This document shows, one piece after another, positions 53,665 through 63,939 of a DNA stretch of 64,000 bases; position 1 is the stretch's first letter; each line of letters begins with the position of its first letter. Position numbers and translations under genes: made by a program. The stretch comes from Thermostichus sp. DRC_bins_24 (GTDB lineage: Bacteria; Cyanobacteriota; Cyanobacteriia; Thermostichales; Thermostichaceae), in contig JAUQVK010000006.1 in NCBI GenBank assembly GCA_039794845.1, positions 1-64,000 of the forward strand, in the 5' to 3' direction. The notes below the pieces were generated by a model. It was not told the origin of the DNA, ran no database searches, and was given only the letters and a program-made list of their open reading frames with translations.

Positions 53665-54710
53665 AGAAAGTTCCACCCCTTGCCAAAGGCAGCATTCTGG
53701 TTGCCGAAGACGAAAAGATCATCGCCAAGGATATTGCCAACGTTCTGAAGAAATTTGGTTATACCGTGCCCGCCATCGCCTCCTCCGGGGAGGAAGCGAT
53801 CCGTCGGCTGGAAGAGGCCCCTGTGGATTTGGTCTTGATGGATATTGTCTTAAAAGGGGATGTTGATGGTATCGAAGCGGCTAAGCAGATCACGGAGCGT
53901 TTTAACATTCCGGTGGTGCATCTGACGGCCTATGCCGACGACGATACTCTCTCCCGTGTTAAAGAAACTCGGCCCTTTGGCTACATCATCAAACCTTTCA
54001 AAGAGCGGGAGCTCTACACCACCATCGAGATCGCTCTGCACAACCACCGTCAGAGCATTGAGAACCGCAAGGCGGAGGAGAAAAAGGTGGAGGAGCTGCG
54101 GCAAAGTCTCCAGAAGCTGCGGCAGTTCACCGATGTGAAGGACACTCTGTTTAAAAAGTTCCTCCAGGACTTAAGTGAGCCCCTGTCTAACCTCAGCTTT
54201 GCCCTCGGCCTCCTCAAGGATGCCGGGTCGGATCCAAAGCGAGAGTATTATCTGCAGGTGCTCGAAGATGAATTTCGCCGGGAGTTGGAGTTGATTCACC
54301 AGACTTCTAACTTAGAAGAGCTCCTCAACCTGGAAAATGTGGGCCTGCTGAGCCAGTTCAGTTTGTTGCGCTCCCAAGAGCCCGGTCGCGGTCGTCTGCT
54401 TGAGGGGCCGGCCCCCTCGGCTGGGGCTACGGCAGTGGCTGCTGCGCCGACATCGCCCTCCTCCCAGGTGGTTGCAGCCCATGCTCCCGCGCCAGCCCCT
54501 GTGGGTGGCGGCGAGGCAATCACCGTGCCGCGGGTAACACTGCGTCCTCTGAACCAAACTCAGTTGGCAGAACGCCTGGGGGTGGTGGTTTCCGCCATCA
54601 CTTACTGGAAATTCAAAACGGGGTTTCCCGAGTGGAGCCGCAGCCGCGATCCCGACGGCATCTCTTGGCGGTATTCCTCCGATTCCAAGCGCTTTTCGCC
54701 TGTGCCCTGA
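53661..54710 (+). CDS. Response regulator (REC, degenerate DHp-like helices, C-terminal HTH-like domain)
   Basis: ILVAEDE, DLVLMDI, LTAY, GYIIKPF; start overlaps the kinase stop. Confidence 0.85.
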   Translation: MKKVPPLAKGSILVAEDEKIIAKDIANVLKKFGYTVPAIASSGEEAIRRLEEAPVDLVLMDIVLKGDVDGIEAAKQITERFNIPVVHLTAYADDDTLSRVKETRPFGYIIKPFKERELYTTIEIALHNHRQSIENRKAEEKKVEELRQSLQKLRQFTDVKDTLFKKFLQDLSEPLSNLSFALGLLKDAGSDPKREYYLQVLEDEFRRELELIHQTSNLEELLNLENVGLLSQFSLLRSQEPGRGRLLEGPAPSAGATAVAAAPTSPSSQVVAAHAPAPAPVGGGEAITVPRVTLRPLNQTQLAERLGVVVSAITYWKFKTGFPEWSRSRDPDGISWRYSSDSKRFSPVP

Positions 54711-54809
54711 CCGTCGCAGCCGGAAAAGTCGAAGAAAGCTCCAAGTGGGCGGAAGGGATCCCTTCCGCCCACGGCATTCGGTCTGGTTCAGGCCTGCAGA
54801 ACCATCAAC

Positions 54810-55997
54810 TCAGGGCTGCAATACTTCCACCCGCACGGGCACGATTCCCGAACTGACCATCCCCAGCACCTCCGCCGCCCGGATGGAGACATCGATGATG
54901 CGACCGGGGATGAAAGGGCCTCGATCGTTGATGCGCACGATCGCTTGGCGACCGTTTTTCATGTTGGTGACCCGTACCTTCGTGCCAAAGGGCAAGGTGG
55001 GGTGGGCAGCGGTCATTTCATGGCGAGTTTTGTGCAGGTCATACCAGGAGGCAATGCCCTCCTGCACGGGCCCAACGACACGGGTGGCAACGGGAACCGG
55101 TTGTTGGGGGGATCCCGATCCTGTCTCGGGCAAGCTGGCAGTGGCAGTGAGGGTGGGAGCTTGAGGCAAAGCCGGGGCCTGAATCGGGGGTGCATCCAGC
55201 AACAGGCGGCGCAAGCGGTTGGCGGCCAAAACCGCCATATCCACCTGACGCTGGTTATCCACCAACAGCACCCCATCGTCGATGCGCAGCAGTTCCTCGT
55301 CGTTGACATGAATGGCGTAGAGGAGGGGGGTTGACTCCTCCGCTGCCGGATCGGGTTCTGCCCAATCCAGGGTGATCGTTGTGTCTTTCAGGGATCCTTG
55401 GGCCATTTGGTTCAGTTGGGCCACGAGGGAGCTGGCTCGCATCAGGGGAGAGTCTAGCTCCGGTTGCTCCACAAAACTGACCACGGGCAGATCCCGCACG
55501 TAAACGGTTACCACCTGCTGCCCATCCATCTGATAGTCGTAGAGGGTGGAGATGGGCTGGCTGGGTTGCTGTTGCTGCTCACCGATCTTGAGGATGGGTT
55601 CTTCCCCGGCGATGGGGGCCTCATGACGGGCCCGCTCCAGAAGCTGCTCCAGATTGAGGGTGCCCGGTTTGGCGGGGGCAGGGGTGAGGCTTTCCCTGCG
55701 CTCAACAGTTCCCTCTTGGGCTATTCCGACGGTGCTGGGTTGGATTACCGGAATGAGGTCAGCAGTTGGAGCTGGAGGGGTGGATTCGGCTAACGAATTT
55801 GCTGTCCGACCGCTGGAGGATCCCATTCCCATTCGATTTGAGGCTTGCGCCCGCGGGGCAAATCCGCTCCACACCCCCATAGGTAAGCCCAAAGCTGTAA
55901 CGCAGAGGCAACTGACCAAGCCCAGTTTCTGGGTGGGAGTCAGTCCCTGTTCTGCCCCACCTCTGGCGAGATTGAGGCACCCTTTCCGATTCCGCAT
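54810..55997 (-). CDS. rlpA: Septal ring lytic transglycosylase RlpA family protein
   Basis: C-terminal GIASWY, TAAHPTLPFGT.VRVTN, VRINDRGPF, RIIDVS. Confidence 0.9.
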   Translation of the reverse strand: MRNRKGCLNLARGGAEQGLTPTQKLGLVSCLCVTALGLPMGVWSGFAPRAQASNRMGMGSSSGRTANSLAESTPPAPTADLIPVIQPSTVGIAQEGTVERRESLTPAPAKPGTLNLEQLLERARHEAPIAGEEPILKIGEQQQQPSQPISTLYDYQMDGQQVVTVYVRDLPVVSFVEQPELDSPLMRASSLVAQLNQMAQGSLKDTTITLDWAEPDPAAEESTPLLYAIHVNDEELLRIDDGVLLVDNQRQVDMAVLAANRLRRLLLDAPPIQAPALPQAPTLTATASLPETGSGSPQQPVPVATRVVGPVQEGIASWYDLHKTRHEMTAAHPTLPFGTKVRVTNMKNGRQAIVRINDRGPFIPGRIIDVSIRAAEVLGMVSSGIVPVRVEVLQP

Positions 55998-56141
55998 GAG
56001 GCCGCGCTCCTCTTCAATCTTGTACAACGTCCAATGCGACAGTCGAAGCAGAAGTTAATGTACCATAGGTTCTCGAATAGACAAGTTCCGGCAGCGTTGC
56101 ACGGAAAGTCTAAGTCTTGCCAGCAAAGGACTCTCGGCCCA

Positions 56142-57221
56142 TTGGACTACCGTTCGGCAGGGGTTGACATAGATCTGGGTCGTGCCCTCGTCAAGGGGAT
56201 CCAGGAGCGAGTTGAGCGAGCTAAAGTCCCGTCTTTGGGTTCCTCAGGAACCTTGGGGGGGATCGGTGGCTTTGCCGGTTTGTTTGAGCTGCCGGCAGGA
56301 TACCAAGCGCCGGTTTTGGTGGCGGGGACGGATGGGGTCGGGACGAAGCTGCAAATTGCTCAGCAATGGGGACAGCACCGCGGCGTCGGCATTGACCTGG
56401 TGGCCATGTGCGTTAACGATGTGCTGACGGTGGGGGCCAAGCCCTTGTTTTTTCTGGATTACATTGCCACCGGCAAGCTGGAGCCAGAAGCCCTCCTGCA
56501 GGTGATCGAGGGGATCCTGGAGGGGTGTCAACAGGCCGGTTGTGAGCTGCTCGGCGGCGAAACGGCGGAGATGCCGGGGTTTTATCCGCCGGGGGAGTAC
56601 GACTTGGCGGGGTTTTGTGTGGGCATTGTGGAGAAATCGGCCATTCTGGACGGATCCCAGGTGCAGCTGGGGGATCGGCTGCTCGCCCTACCCAGCAGTG
56701 GCATCCACAGCAACGGCTACAGCTTGGTTCGCCGGATTGTGGCCGAGAGAGGATGGACCTGGGATCATCAGCCCCCGGGGTGGGAGCAGCCCTTGGGAGA
56801 GGTGTTTCTCACCCCGACCCGCATCTACGTTGAGGCGGTGCAACGGCTTCAGCAAGCGGGCATTCTCCTTCATGGCATGGCCCACATTACCGGTGGCGGC
56901 CTCCCGGAAAATTTGCCCCGCTGTTTAGCGCCTACCCAGGCGGCACGCCTCGAACCCCACAGTTGGCGGATCCCGCCGGAGTTCCGCTGGTTGCAGGAAC
57001 AAGGGCAAGTGGAGATCGCCGAGATGTTCCGAACCTTCAATCTGGGGGTGGGCTACGTGTTGGTGGTGCCACCGGAAGCCCAGGTGCAGGTGCAAACCCT
57101 CCTGCCGGAAGCCCAGGCCATTGGGGAAGTAGTGGCCTCAACCCCGCCAGAGGCGGGGCGGGCAAGCTCCGGGGAAAATCCTCCACGAGTCTTGGGCTTG
57201 GAGAATTGGGGATCCCTCTGA
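56142..57221 (+). CDS. purM: Phosphoribosylformylglycinamidine cyclo-ligase
   Basis: DYRSAGVD, GTDGVGTK, DLVAMCVND, GGETAEMPG, SSGIHSNGYSL, HITGGGL; probable TTG start. Confidence 0.97.
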   Translation: MDYRSAGVDIDLGRALVKGIQERVERAKVPSLGSSGTLGGIGGFAGLFELPAGYQAPVLVAGTDGVGTKLQIAQQWGQHRGVGIDLVAMCVNDVLTVGAKPLFFLDYIATGKLEPEALLQVIEGILEGCQQAGCELLGGETAEMPGFYPPGEYDLAGFCVGIVEKSAILDGSQVQLGDRLLALPSSGIHSNGYSLVRRIVAERGWTWDHQPPGWEQPLGEVFLTPTRIYVEAVQRLQQAGILLHGMAHITGGGLPENLPRCLAPTQAARLEPHSWRIPPEFRWLQEQGQVEIAEMFRTFNLGVGYVLVVPPEAQVQVQTLLPEAQAIGEVVASTPPEAGRASSGENPPRVLGLENWGSL

Positions 57222-57445
57222 AACGGGCAAACGATCTCCTCAACGGCAGGGATCCCCACCAAAAGGGGGAGCCGGATGCGGCGCTGGACCCACAAGCCCC
57301 CCGGTTCTCTGGCTATGCTAAGTTTGCATGTGGCTTAAGCACCATTGCCTATGCCCCGAAATGGATGTGGGCAACCCGCGACAGCCTTTGAGGTTCATGC
57401 ACCAGGGCCGTTTGCGAGCCATCGATGACCCTGTAGGAGCCGCTG

Positions 57446-58480
57446 ATGACCGTTCTAGGAAGCGCGAGCGCGATTGAAGTCGAACACCTGAGCAAAACCT
57501 ACGGTACCTTCACCGCCATCCGGGATATTTCTTTTCAGGTGAATGCCGGCGAGATCATGGGATTCTTGGGGCCCAACGGGGCCGGGAAAACCACCTCCAT
57601 GCGCATCCTCACCGGATTCTTGCCCGCCAGCGAAGGCACAGCACGAGTGGCGGGGTTTGATGTCCACCAAGACTCCATGGCGGTGCGGCAACGCATCGGC
57701 TACCTGCCGGAAAATCCCCCCCTGTACATCGACATGACGGTGGAAGGTTATCTGCACTTCGTGGCGCAGCTGAAGCGGGTTAGCCCCGGCAACCGCATCA
57801 CCCAGGTGGATCGGGTCATTCAGCGCTGTGGCCTACAGGAAAAACGCCACACTCTGATCCGCAAGCTCTCCAAGGGGTTTAAGCAACGGGTGGGGATTGC
57901 CCAGGCGCTGGTTCACGATCCGCCCGTGATCATCCTGGATGAGCCCACCATCGGACTGGATCCCAAGCAGATCATCGAGGTGCGCAACCTGATCAAAAGT
58001 TTGGCCGGGGAACACACGATCATCCTCTCCACCCACATTCTGCCGGAGGTGAGCATGACCTGCGACCGGGTGGTGATCATCAACCGCGGCCAAGTGGCGG
58101 CCATCGGTACCCCCAGCGAGCTAACGGCACAGTTTCAGGGGCAGCACCAAGTTCATTTGCATGTCGGGGCTTCCAGTGAAGCTGTCATCCGGGAAGTTCT
58201 GGAGCGGATCCCACAGGTACAAGTCTTGAGCCTAGAACCCCGTGCTCAAACAGACTCCCGACGCTGGCAACTGCAGCTGAGCAGCAGCACCCCCGCCGAT
58301 GGGTGGATCCCTGAGGTGGCCAAGGCTTTGATCCAGTCGGATGTGGCTCTCTACGAAATCGGTCGTTCCCAAGCTTCTTTGGAGGAGATTTTCCTGCAAC
58401 TGACAACCCAAGAGGGAGCCGGCCAAGAGGGAGCCGACTCGGCCCCAGCATCTGAAAACCCTGAGGAGGCAGCAGCATGA
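57446..58480 (+). CDS. ABC transporter ATPase (GldA-like)
   Basis: GPNGAGKTT, LSKGFKQRVG, ILDEPT.GLDP, STHILPEV. Confidence 0.92.
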   Translation: MTVLGSASAIEVEHLSKTYGTFTAIRDISFQVNAGEIMGFLGPNGAGKTTSMRILTGFLPASEGTARVAGFDVHQDSMAVRQRIGYLPENPPLYIDMTVEGYLHFVAQLKRVSPGNRITQVDRVIQRCGLQEKRHTLIRKLSKGFKQRVGIAQALVHDPPVIILDEPTIGLDPKQIIEVRNLIKSLAGEHTIILSTHILPEVSMTCDRVVIINRGQVAAIGTPSELTAQFQGQHQVHLHVGASSEAVIREVLERIPQVQVLSLEPRAQTDSRRWQLQLSSSTPADGWIPEVAKALIQSDVALYEIGRSQASLEEIFLQLTTQEGAGQEGADSAPASENPEEAAA

Positions 58481-59262
58481 ACGGCGTGATCGCCATTTTC
58501 CGCAAAGAGTTGCGCGGCTATTTCACCTCCCCGATTGCCTACGTGGTGGCGGCAGTCTTTTGGGGCTTGGCGGGCTTCTTTTTTACCAACATTTTGGTGC
58601 GGGTGATCGGCTTTTCCCAGCAGGTGGATCTGTTCGCCCAGTTTGGCCAGGACAACGCCTTCGATGCGGCCACCATTGTCTCGCAGCAGTTTTTGAACCT
58701 GCTGGGCACCCTTTTTCTGTTTTTGCTGCCCATCCTGACCATGGGATCCTACGCCGAAGAGCGACGACGGGGCACGATGGAGCTGCTGGCCACCTCCCCG
58801 ATCACCAACTTGGCAGTGGCGGTGGGCAAATGGCTGGCGGTGTGGGTGTTTTTTATCACGCTGCTGATCCCACCCTTGGTGTATCACCTGCTCACCCTGA
58901 GCAGTTCCAATCCCGCTGTGGACTATCGGCTGCCCCTGGTTGGCTATGTTGGGTTGGCACTGATGGCGGGCAGTGTCATGGCCTTGGGACTATTCGTCTC
59001 TTCCCTCACCGACAGCACCTTAATTGCGGCGGTGGCCACCTTTGGCCTGGTGCTCTTGCTCTGGGTGGTGGATGCGGCGGCCGGCCAGGAGAGCAACTGG
59101 ATCGCGGCCACCCTGCGGCATTTGTCTTTGTTGCAGCAGTACGGCAACTGGGTACAGGGGATCGTCAGCAGCAGCAGCCTGATTTTGTTCCTCAGCATCA
59201 CGGTGTTGGGGCTGTTTGCCACGGTGCAATCGGTGGAGAGCCTGCGCTGGCAGCAGAGCTAG
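58477..59262 (+). CDS. ABC-2 permease (GldF-like)
   Basis: KELRGYF.SP.AY, P.LTM...AEERRRGT.ELL.TSP, GK. Confidence 0.88.
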   Translation: MNGVIAIFRKELRGYFTSPIAYVVAAVFWGLAGFFFTNILVRVIGFSQQVDLFAQFGQDNAFDAATIVSQQFLNLLGTLFLFLLPILTMGSYAEERRRGTMELLATSPITNLAVAVGKWLAVWVFFITLLIPPLVYHLLTLSSSNPAVDYRLPLVGYVGLALMAGSVMALGLFVSSLTDSTLIAAVATFGLVLLLWVVDAAAGQESNWIAATLRHLSLLQQYGNWVQGIVSSSSLILFLSITVLGLFATVQSVESLRWQQS

Positions 59263-59374
59263 CGAGATCGCCAGGCATGCCGATCGCTGGCCGGAGAAAG
59301 TCAAGATCACACGGTTTCAGGTTGAGCACTCAAGGTTGGGGCATGACCGAAGATAGCGGTGTAGGAGGTGCAAG

Positions 59375-60943
59375 ATGAAAGACTGGCAAGCAGTATCCGA
59401 GTGGACAGGCATCGTCGGCATTGGGGTGATCGCCATTGGTTTGGTGCTGGGATCCGCCCTAACCGGATGGACGGCGGTTCCCTTTGCCCTGTTGGCCACC
59501 GGAGCGGCCCTGCTGGTGTTTTGGGGCATCACCCACCGACAACAGGTGGGATCCTTCCTGGGCTTGCGTTCCACCCAAACCAACGCCAACATCCTGGTGG
59601 CTGTGGCCGCCATGGCGGTGATTTTGGTGCTGCTGAATGCGGTGGCGGTGCGCTACGATGGCCGCCTTGATTTGACGGAGGGAGGGCTGTTCACCCTATC
59701 GCCCCAAACCCAGCAATTGGTCCGAGACTTACCGCGGCCGGTGAAGGTATGGGTGGTGACCACCGCGCCGGATCCCAACCTGCGAGAACAGCTGGAACGC
59801 TACCAACGCCTCAATCCCAGCCGCTTCCAGTTTGAATTTGTGGATCCCAACCGCAACCCGCTGGTGGCGCAGCGTCTACAGGTGACCCAGAGCAACACCC
59901 TGGTGGTGGAATCGGGAGACAGCCGCCAGCAACTGCCGCAACCGCCCGCCCCCGACCTGGAAAGCAACCTCACCCCGATCCTTTCTAGAGTGGTGAACCG
60001 AGGAGAAGCGGTGGCCTACTTTGTGCAAGGCCATGGGGAGGTCTCTCTGGAGGCCGGCGCCGGCAACCTCAGTTTTGCCCAGGCGGTGGGAGCCCTGGGG
60101 CAGGAAGGCTATCGCACCGAACCCCTGAACCTGGTGCAAGCAGAGATTCCGGAGGATGCGGATGTGCTGGTGTTGGCGGGGCCGCAGCGGCCTTTGTTTC
60201 CGGGAGAAGTGGAGAAACTCCAGGACTACTTGGCTGAGGGCGGCAGGGTTTTGTTGCTGATCGGTCCTCGGGTGGATGCCGGGTTGGATCCCTTGCTGGA
60301 GGAGTGGGGGGTGGTCTTGGCGGATGACATCATCCTAGAAGTCAGCAGCGTTAGCCAGATTTTGGGGACGGGCCCCGCCGTTGCTTTGGTCACCACCTAC
60401 GGCGATCACCCGATCACCGCCCCCTTGGCAGCCCAACGGCTGATGACCCTTTTCCCCCTGGCCCGCTCGGTGGAAACGGAAGCACGAGAAGGGATCCAGG
60501 CAACGCCTCTGCTGCGCACCAGCCCGCAAAGTTGGGGGGAGACCAGCACAGATTTGGAAAACACCCCGGTACAATTTGATCCCGATCGCGACAAGCCCGG
60601 CCCGCTCACTCTGGGAGTGGCCCTAACCCGCAGCATGGAGAACGGCGAGGCTGGGTCTGAGGCAGACTCTGAACCCGAGGAGGCTCGCTTTGTGGTGATC
60701 GGCAACGTCAATTTTGCCGTCAATGGCAACTTACAACAGCAGGGCAACCGCGACTTATTCCTAAACACCCTCAACTGGCTGACAGAACAAACGGACCAGA
60801 TCTCAATTCGGCCCAAATCCATCACCAATCGCCGCCTCACCCTGACGGGGCGGGATCTCAACTGGCTGGTACTGGGATCCACAGTGCTCCTACCCTTGCT
60901 GGCCCTGGGATCCGGTGCGCTGATCTGGTGGCAAAGACGCTGA
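59375..60943 (+). CDS. GldG-like ABC auxiliary component
   Basis: DLT....FTLSPQT, YFVQGHGE, IPEDADVLVLAGP, N.DLFLN..NWL, C-terminal TM WWQRR. Confidence 0.85.
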   Translation: MKDWQAVSEWTGIVGIGVIAIGLVLGSALTGWTAVPFALLATGAALLVFWGITHRQQVGSFLGLRSTQTNANILVAVAAMAVILVLLNAVAVRYDGRLDLTEGGLFTLSPQTQQLVRDLPRPVKVWVVTTAPDPNLREQLERYQRLNPSRFQFEFVDPNRNPLVAQRLQVTQSNTLVVESGDSRQQLPQPPAPDLESNLTPILSRVVNRGEAVAYFVQGHGEVSLEAGAGNLSFAQAVGALGQEGYRTEPLNLVQAEIPEDADVLVLAGPQRPLFPGEVEKLQDYLAEGGRVLLLIGPRVDAGLDPLLEEWGVVLADDIILEVSSVSQILGTGPAVALVTTYGDHPITAPLAAQRLMTLFPLARSVETEAREGIQATPLLRTSPQSWGETSTDLENTPVQFDPDRDKPGPLTLGVALTRSMENGEAGSEADSEPEEARFVVIGNVNFAVNGNLQQQGNRDLFLNTLNWLTEQTDQISIRPKSITNRRLTLTGRDLNWLVLGSTVLLPLLALGSGALIWWQRR

Positions 60944-61043
60944 GGCACGGGGTTGCTGACCGGCTGTTGTTGACCTGGGAGGAGAAGGGATCCGCCCTCG
61001 ACTGGATACCTGTGGATGTGAATCAAGAGGAGTAGGGAGGACG

Positions 61044-62447
61044 ATGTTTAAGCGTACTACACTGATCCTGTTGGGTTTGGCCGTGGCCTGCATCCTCGGC
61101 TATTTCCTCTTGGACAATGCCCAACAACTGCGCCAACAAGCCGAAGCCGAGCGGGCAAAACTTTTCCATTTCCAAACCGATGCCATTGCCCGCATCGAAA
61201 TTCGCCAAAATCGCCCCGATGAGCCAGAAGAGCTAATTTTAGAGCGGGTTGCGGACACAGATCCCCCCGAGTGGAACATTCTCAGCCCCATTCAGTCGAC
61301 GGCCCTGGACTTTCCCATCTCCAGCCTGTTGGTGACCTTCTCCCGCCTCACCCCGGAAATCACGATCGAGGGATCCCTGGATAACCCTGAGGGCTTGGCT
61401 GCCTTTGGTCTGGACACCCCCAAACATCAGATCACCCTCATCCCCCAAGAAGGGGATCCCTATCGGCTTTCAATTGGCAACGACAACTTTGACGGCTCCG
61501 GTTTTTATGCCCAAGCCGACGGTGGGGAGGTGGTGTTGATCGCCAGTGCCCAAAAGGGATCCCTGTTGCCTTCACTGCTGGCCCTGCGGGATAAAACTCT
61601 GCTCAGCTTCGATTCGGCTGATGTGGAATCCTTCCAGGTGCGGCTGGCGGAGGCGGATCCCGAGCAATTTCAGATTGAGCGGCAGGGCGGTGGCTGGCGG
61701 ATTGTCCAGCCAGAGGTGCTACCTGCGGATGATGTCAATGTGAACCGTCTCCTCAATACCTTGGCCCGTCTGCAAGCGGTGGAGTTCCCCGCCGAGACCC
61801 AAGCGGAGTTGGCCCCCTATGGCTTGGATAAGCCCTCTGCTCAGTTCACGATTCACCTGGCTCCCACTGCCGGTACAGACTCCGATCCAGAACCGATCAC
61901 CGTTGCGCTCGGCTCGGAAAGCAATGGACAAGTGTATGTGATCACCTCGCAAAATCCGGCAGTGGCCACCCTGCTCACCAGCACGGCGGATATTCTGCGC
62001 TCCGATCTCGAAGATCTGCGGGATCACCGCATTGCCCGCCTCAATGCCAACCAAATTGAAGAGATCATCCTCGAATCGGAAGGGGAGCAGATGGTTTTGC
62101 AACCGTTGCCCGCTGAGGGCGGATCCCCCGGCATTCGTTGGGAAAAATCTGATCAACCGGGTCAGGCAGTGGAACTGAGTATGATCTTTTCCACCCTTAA
62201 CTCCACCCGAGCCAGCGAATTTCGACCGGCGGGTGATCCGGATGCTCAAAAAGCCTTAGAGGACCCTGCCCTGCGGCTGACCTTTCGGCCAAAACCGGAT
62301 TCTGGACAGGATCCCCTCACCTTGAGCTTGGCCCCTTCGGGGTTACGGGCTTATGTGCAGAGCAGCCATCAACCGGATATCGCCGTGATCGATCTGAGCA
62401 CCTTCAACACCCTGGAAACAGAAGTGAATTCATTGCTTGAGGATTGA
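61044..62447 (+). CDS. DUF4340-like periplasmic repeat protein
   Basis: N-terminal anchor; repeated L..(F/Y)GLD.P and LRD motifs. Confidence 0.8.
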   Translation: MFKRTTLILLGLAVACILGYFLLDNAQQLRQQAEAERAKLFHFQTDAIARIEIRQNRPDEPEELILERVADTDPPEWNILSPIQSTALDFPISSLLVTFSRLTPEITIEGSLDNPEGLAAFGLDTPKHQITLIPQEGDPYRLSIGNDNFDGSGFYAQADGGEVVLIASAQKGSLLPSLLALRDKTLLSFDSADVESFQVRLAEADPEQFQIERQGGGWRIVQPEVLPADDVNVNRLLNTLARLQAVEFPAETQAELAPYGLDKPSAQFTIHLAPTAGTDSDPEPITVALGSESNGQVYVITSQNPAVATLLTSTADILRSDLEDLRDHRIARLNANQIEEIILESEGEQMVLQPLPAEGGSPGIRWEKSDQPGQAVELSMIFSTLNSTRASEFRPAGDPDAQKALEDPALRLTFRPKPDSGQDPLTLSLAPSGLRAYVQSSHQPDIAVIDLSTFNTLETEVNSLLED

Positions 62448-62467
62448 CGCGAGCCGTTGGCCTATTC

Positions 62468-62995
62468 TTAGCCGGCCGTCGCCATCTCGGCCGCGGGGGC
62501 AGCCGCTTTCTTCTTGGTTTCCCCCTGTACCGTCAACACCGAGCAGGGGGCGTGGTGCAACACGTAGTTGCTGACGCTGCCCATGAACAGCTCGCTCAAA
62601 CCGGAGTGGCCACGGCGACCCACCACCACCAAGTCTGCCCCCCAAGAGCGGGCCAGATCACAGATCACCCGACCCGGATTGCCGTAGTTAAGGCTAAATT
62701 CGGCGTGGATCCCGTGGGCAGCGGCTTCATCGGTGAGCGAACGCAAGTAATCCAGCTGGTTTTGCTCGAAGATGGCACATTGCTCCCGATAGGATTGCCA
62801 CAACTCGGTGCTGATGGTGGAGCTGTAGTCGACCCCCAGGATCATCGGCGGTTCTGGGGCTCCAGGCTCCTCGTGAGAGAGGACATGCAACACCATCATG
62901 GTGGCTTGCATGGCTTCCGCCAATTGGATCGCTCTTTGGAAGACCATGTTGCTCAATTCCGACCGATCCAGGGCCACCAAAATCCTGCTGTACAT
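62468..62995 (-). CDS. Universal stress protein
   Basis: ILVALD.S, G.P...IC, ADLVVVGRRG.SGL.ELFMGSVSNYVLHHAPCSVL. Confidence 0.95.
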   Translation of the reverse strand: MYSRILVALDRSELSNMVFQRAIQLAEAMQATMMVLHVLSHEEPGAPEPPMILGVDYSSTISTELWQSYREQCAIFEQNQLDYLRSLTDEAAAHGIHAEFSLNYGNPGRVICDLARSWGADLVVVGRRGHSGLSELFMGSVSNYVLHHAPCSVLTVQGETKKKAAAPAAEMATAG

Positions 62996-63207
62996 ATCGG
63001 CTTCCTCCAGGTTGTCAACAGCCGAGCAAGGGATGGAGATGAGATCTGATGCGTTCCTTAAATTCAATTTGGGGGTTCCACTCAAAATCCCTCTCTTCCT
63101 TGCCTCCTATCTGCGTTGTAGAAGATCTGCGTGAGGAAATCGTGAACATTCCCTATCCAGCACCGGATCGGTAACCAAAGTTCAAGGAACTTGACACAAG
63201 CCCAGAC

Positions 63208-63939
63208 TCATTCATCCGCCTGCTGAGCCACAGATTCCAACAGCGCCTGAAGTGCCCGGGCTTGTTCCTGCCAAACCCGGTGGAGGGGTGTGCCCCGCAA
63301 GACTTCTAGGGTCAAGGTGGGGATCCCGCGTTCCCAACCGGCCCATGTGCCCAAAGAGCCGGGTGTGGGGTAACCGATGTCGTCGGTGACCGGCAACCCG
63401 TTGTGAGCAGCCATCACCTCTGCCAGCTCTAGCGCGGGGCCATTGTAGTTGACACAAGGATGCTTCTCGCAAGAGTGGGCGGAGAGAATCAGTTGCGGTT
63501 GAATCCGGGCCAAACCCGCCAGCAACACCTGCGTTTCCGGCTCGGATCCTGGCGCGGATCCCGGTGGGTAACGGGTTTCTAAGGGGGTCGGGATCCAGTC
63601 TTGGGTGGGCATGTTGCGGTTGAGATCCACCCCGTTGGCATTCACCCGCTGCCCTGCTGCACAGCCATCGGGATTCAGGCGGGGGATTACCCACAGGGTT
63701 GCCTTTCCCGCCAGGGATCCCCACAGCCCCGAGGTCACATACCGCTCGATCAGGTCGTACCCTTCTACCTCATTGCCGTGTACCCCTCCGATCAGGAGCA
63801 GGGAAGGGATCCCTTGGGTCAGTTGCCAAAGGTGGATGGGCCGCCCCTGTACCGAATAGCCGAGAACTTCCTGACGGGGCAACTCGCTTTCTGCCGTACG
63901 ATTCACCCTGGGCCAATCCTTGTTGTTCTCAATCCCCAT
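63208..63939 (-). CDS. M14 zinc carboxypeptidase, murein peptide amidase MpaA-like
   Basis: G.SVQGRPI, GGVHGNE, NPDG, R.NANGVDLNRN, SEPET, GYPTPGSLG, TLE; start may be GTG at 63906. Confidence 0.88.
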   Translation of the reverse strand: MGIENNKDWPRVNRTAESELPRQEVLGYSVQGRPIHLWQLTQGIPSLLLIGGVHGNEVEGYDLIERYVTSGLWGSLAGKATLWVIPRLNPDGCAAGQRVNANGVDLNRNMPTQDWIPTPLETRYPPGSAPGSEPETQVLLAGLARIQPQLILSAHSCEKHPCVNYNGPALELAEVMAAHNGLPVTDDIGYPTPGSLGTWAGWERGIPTLTLEVLRGTPLHRVWQEQARALQALLESVAQQADE

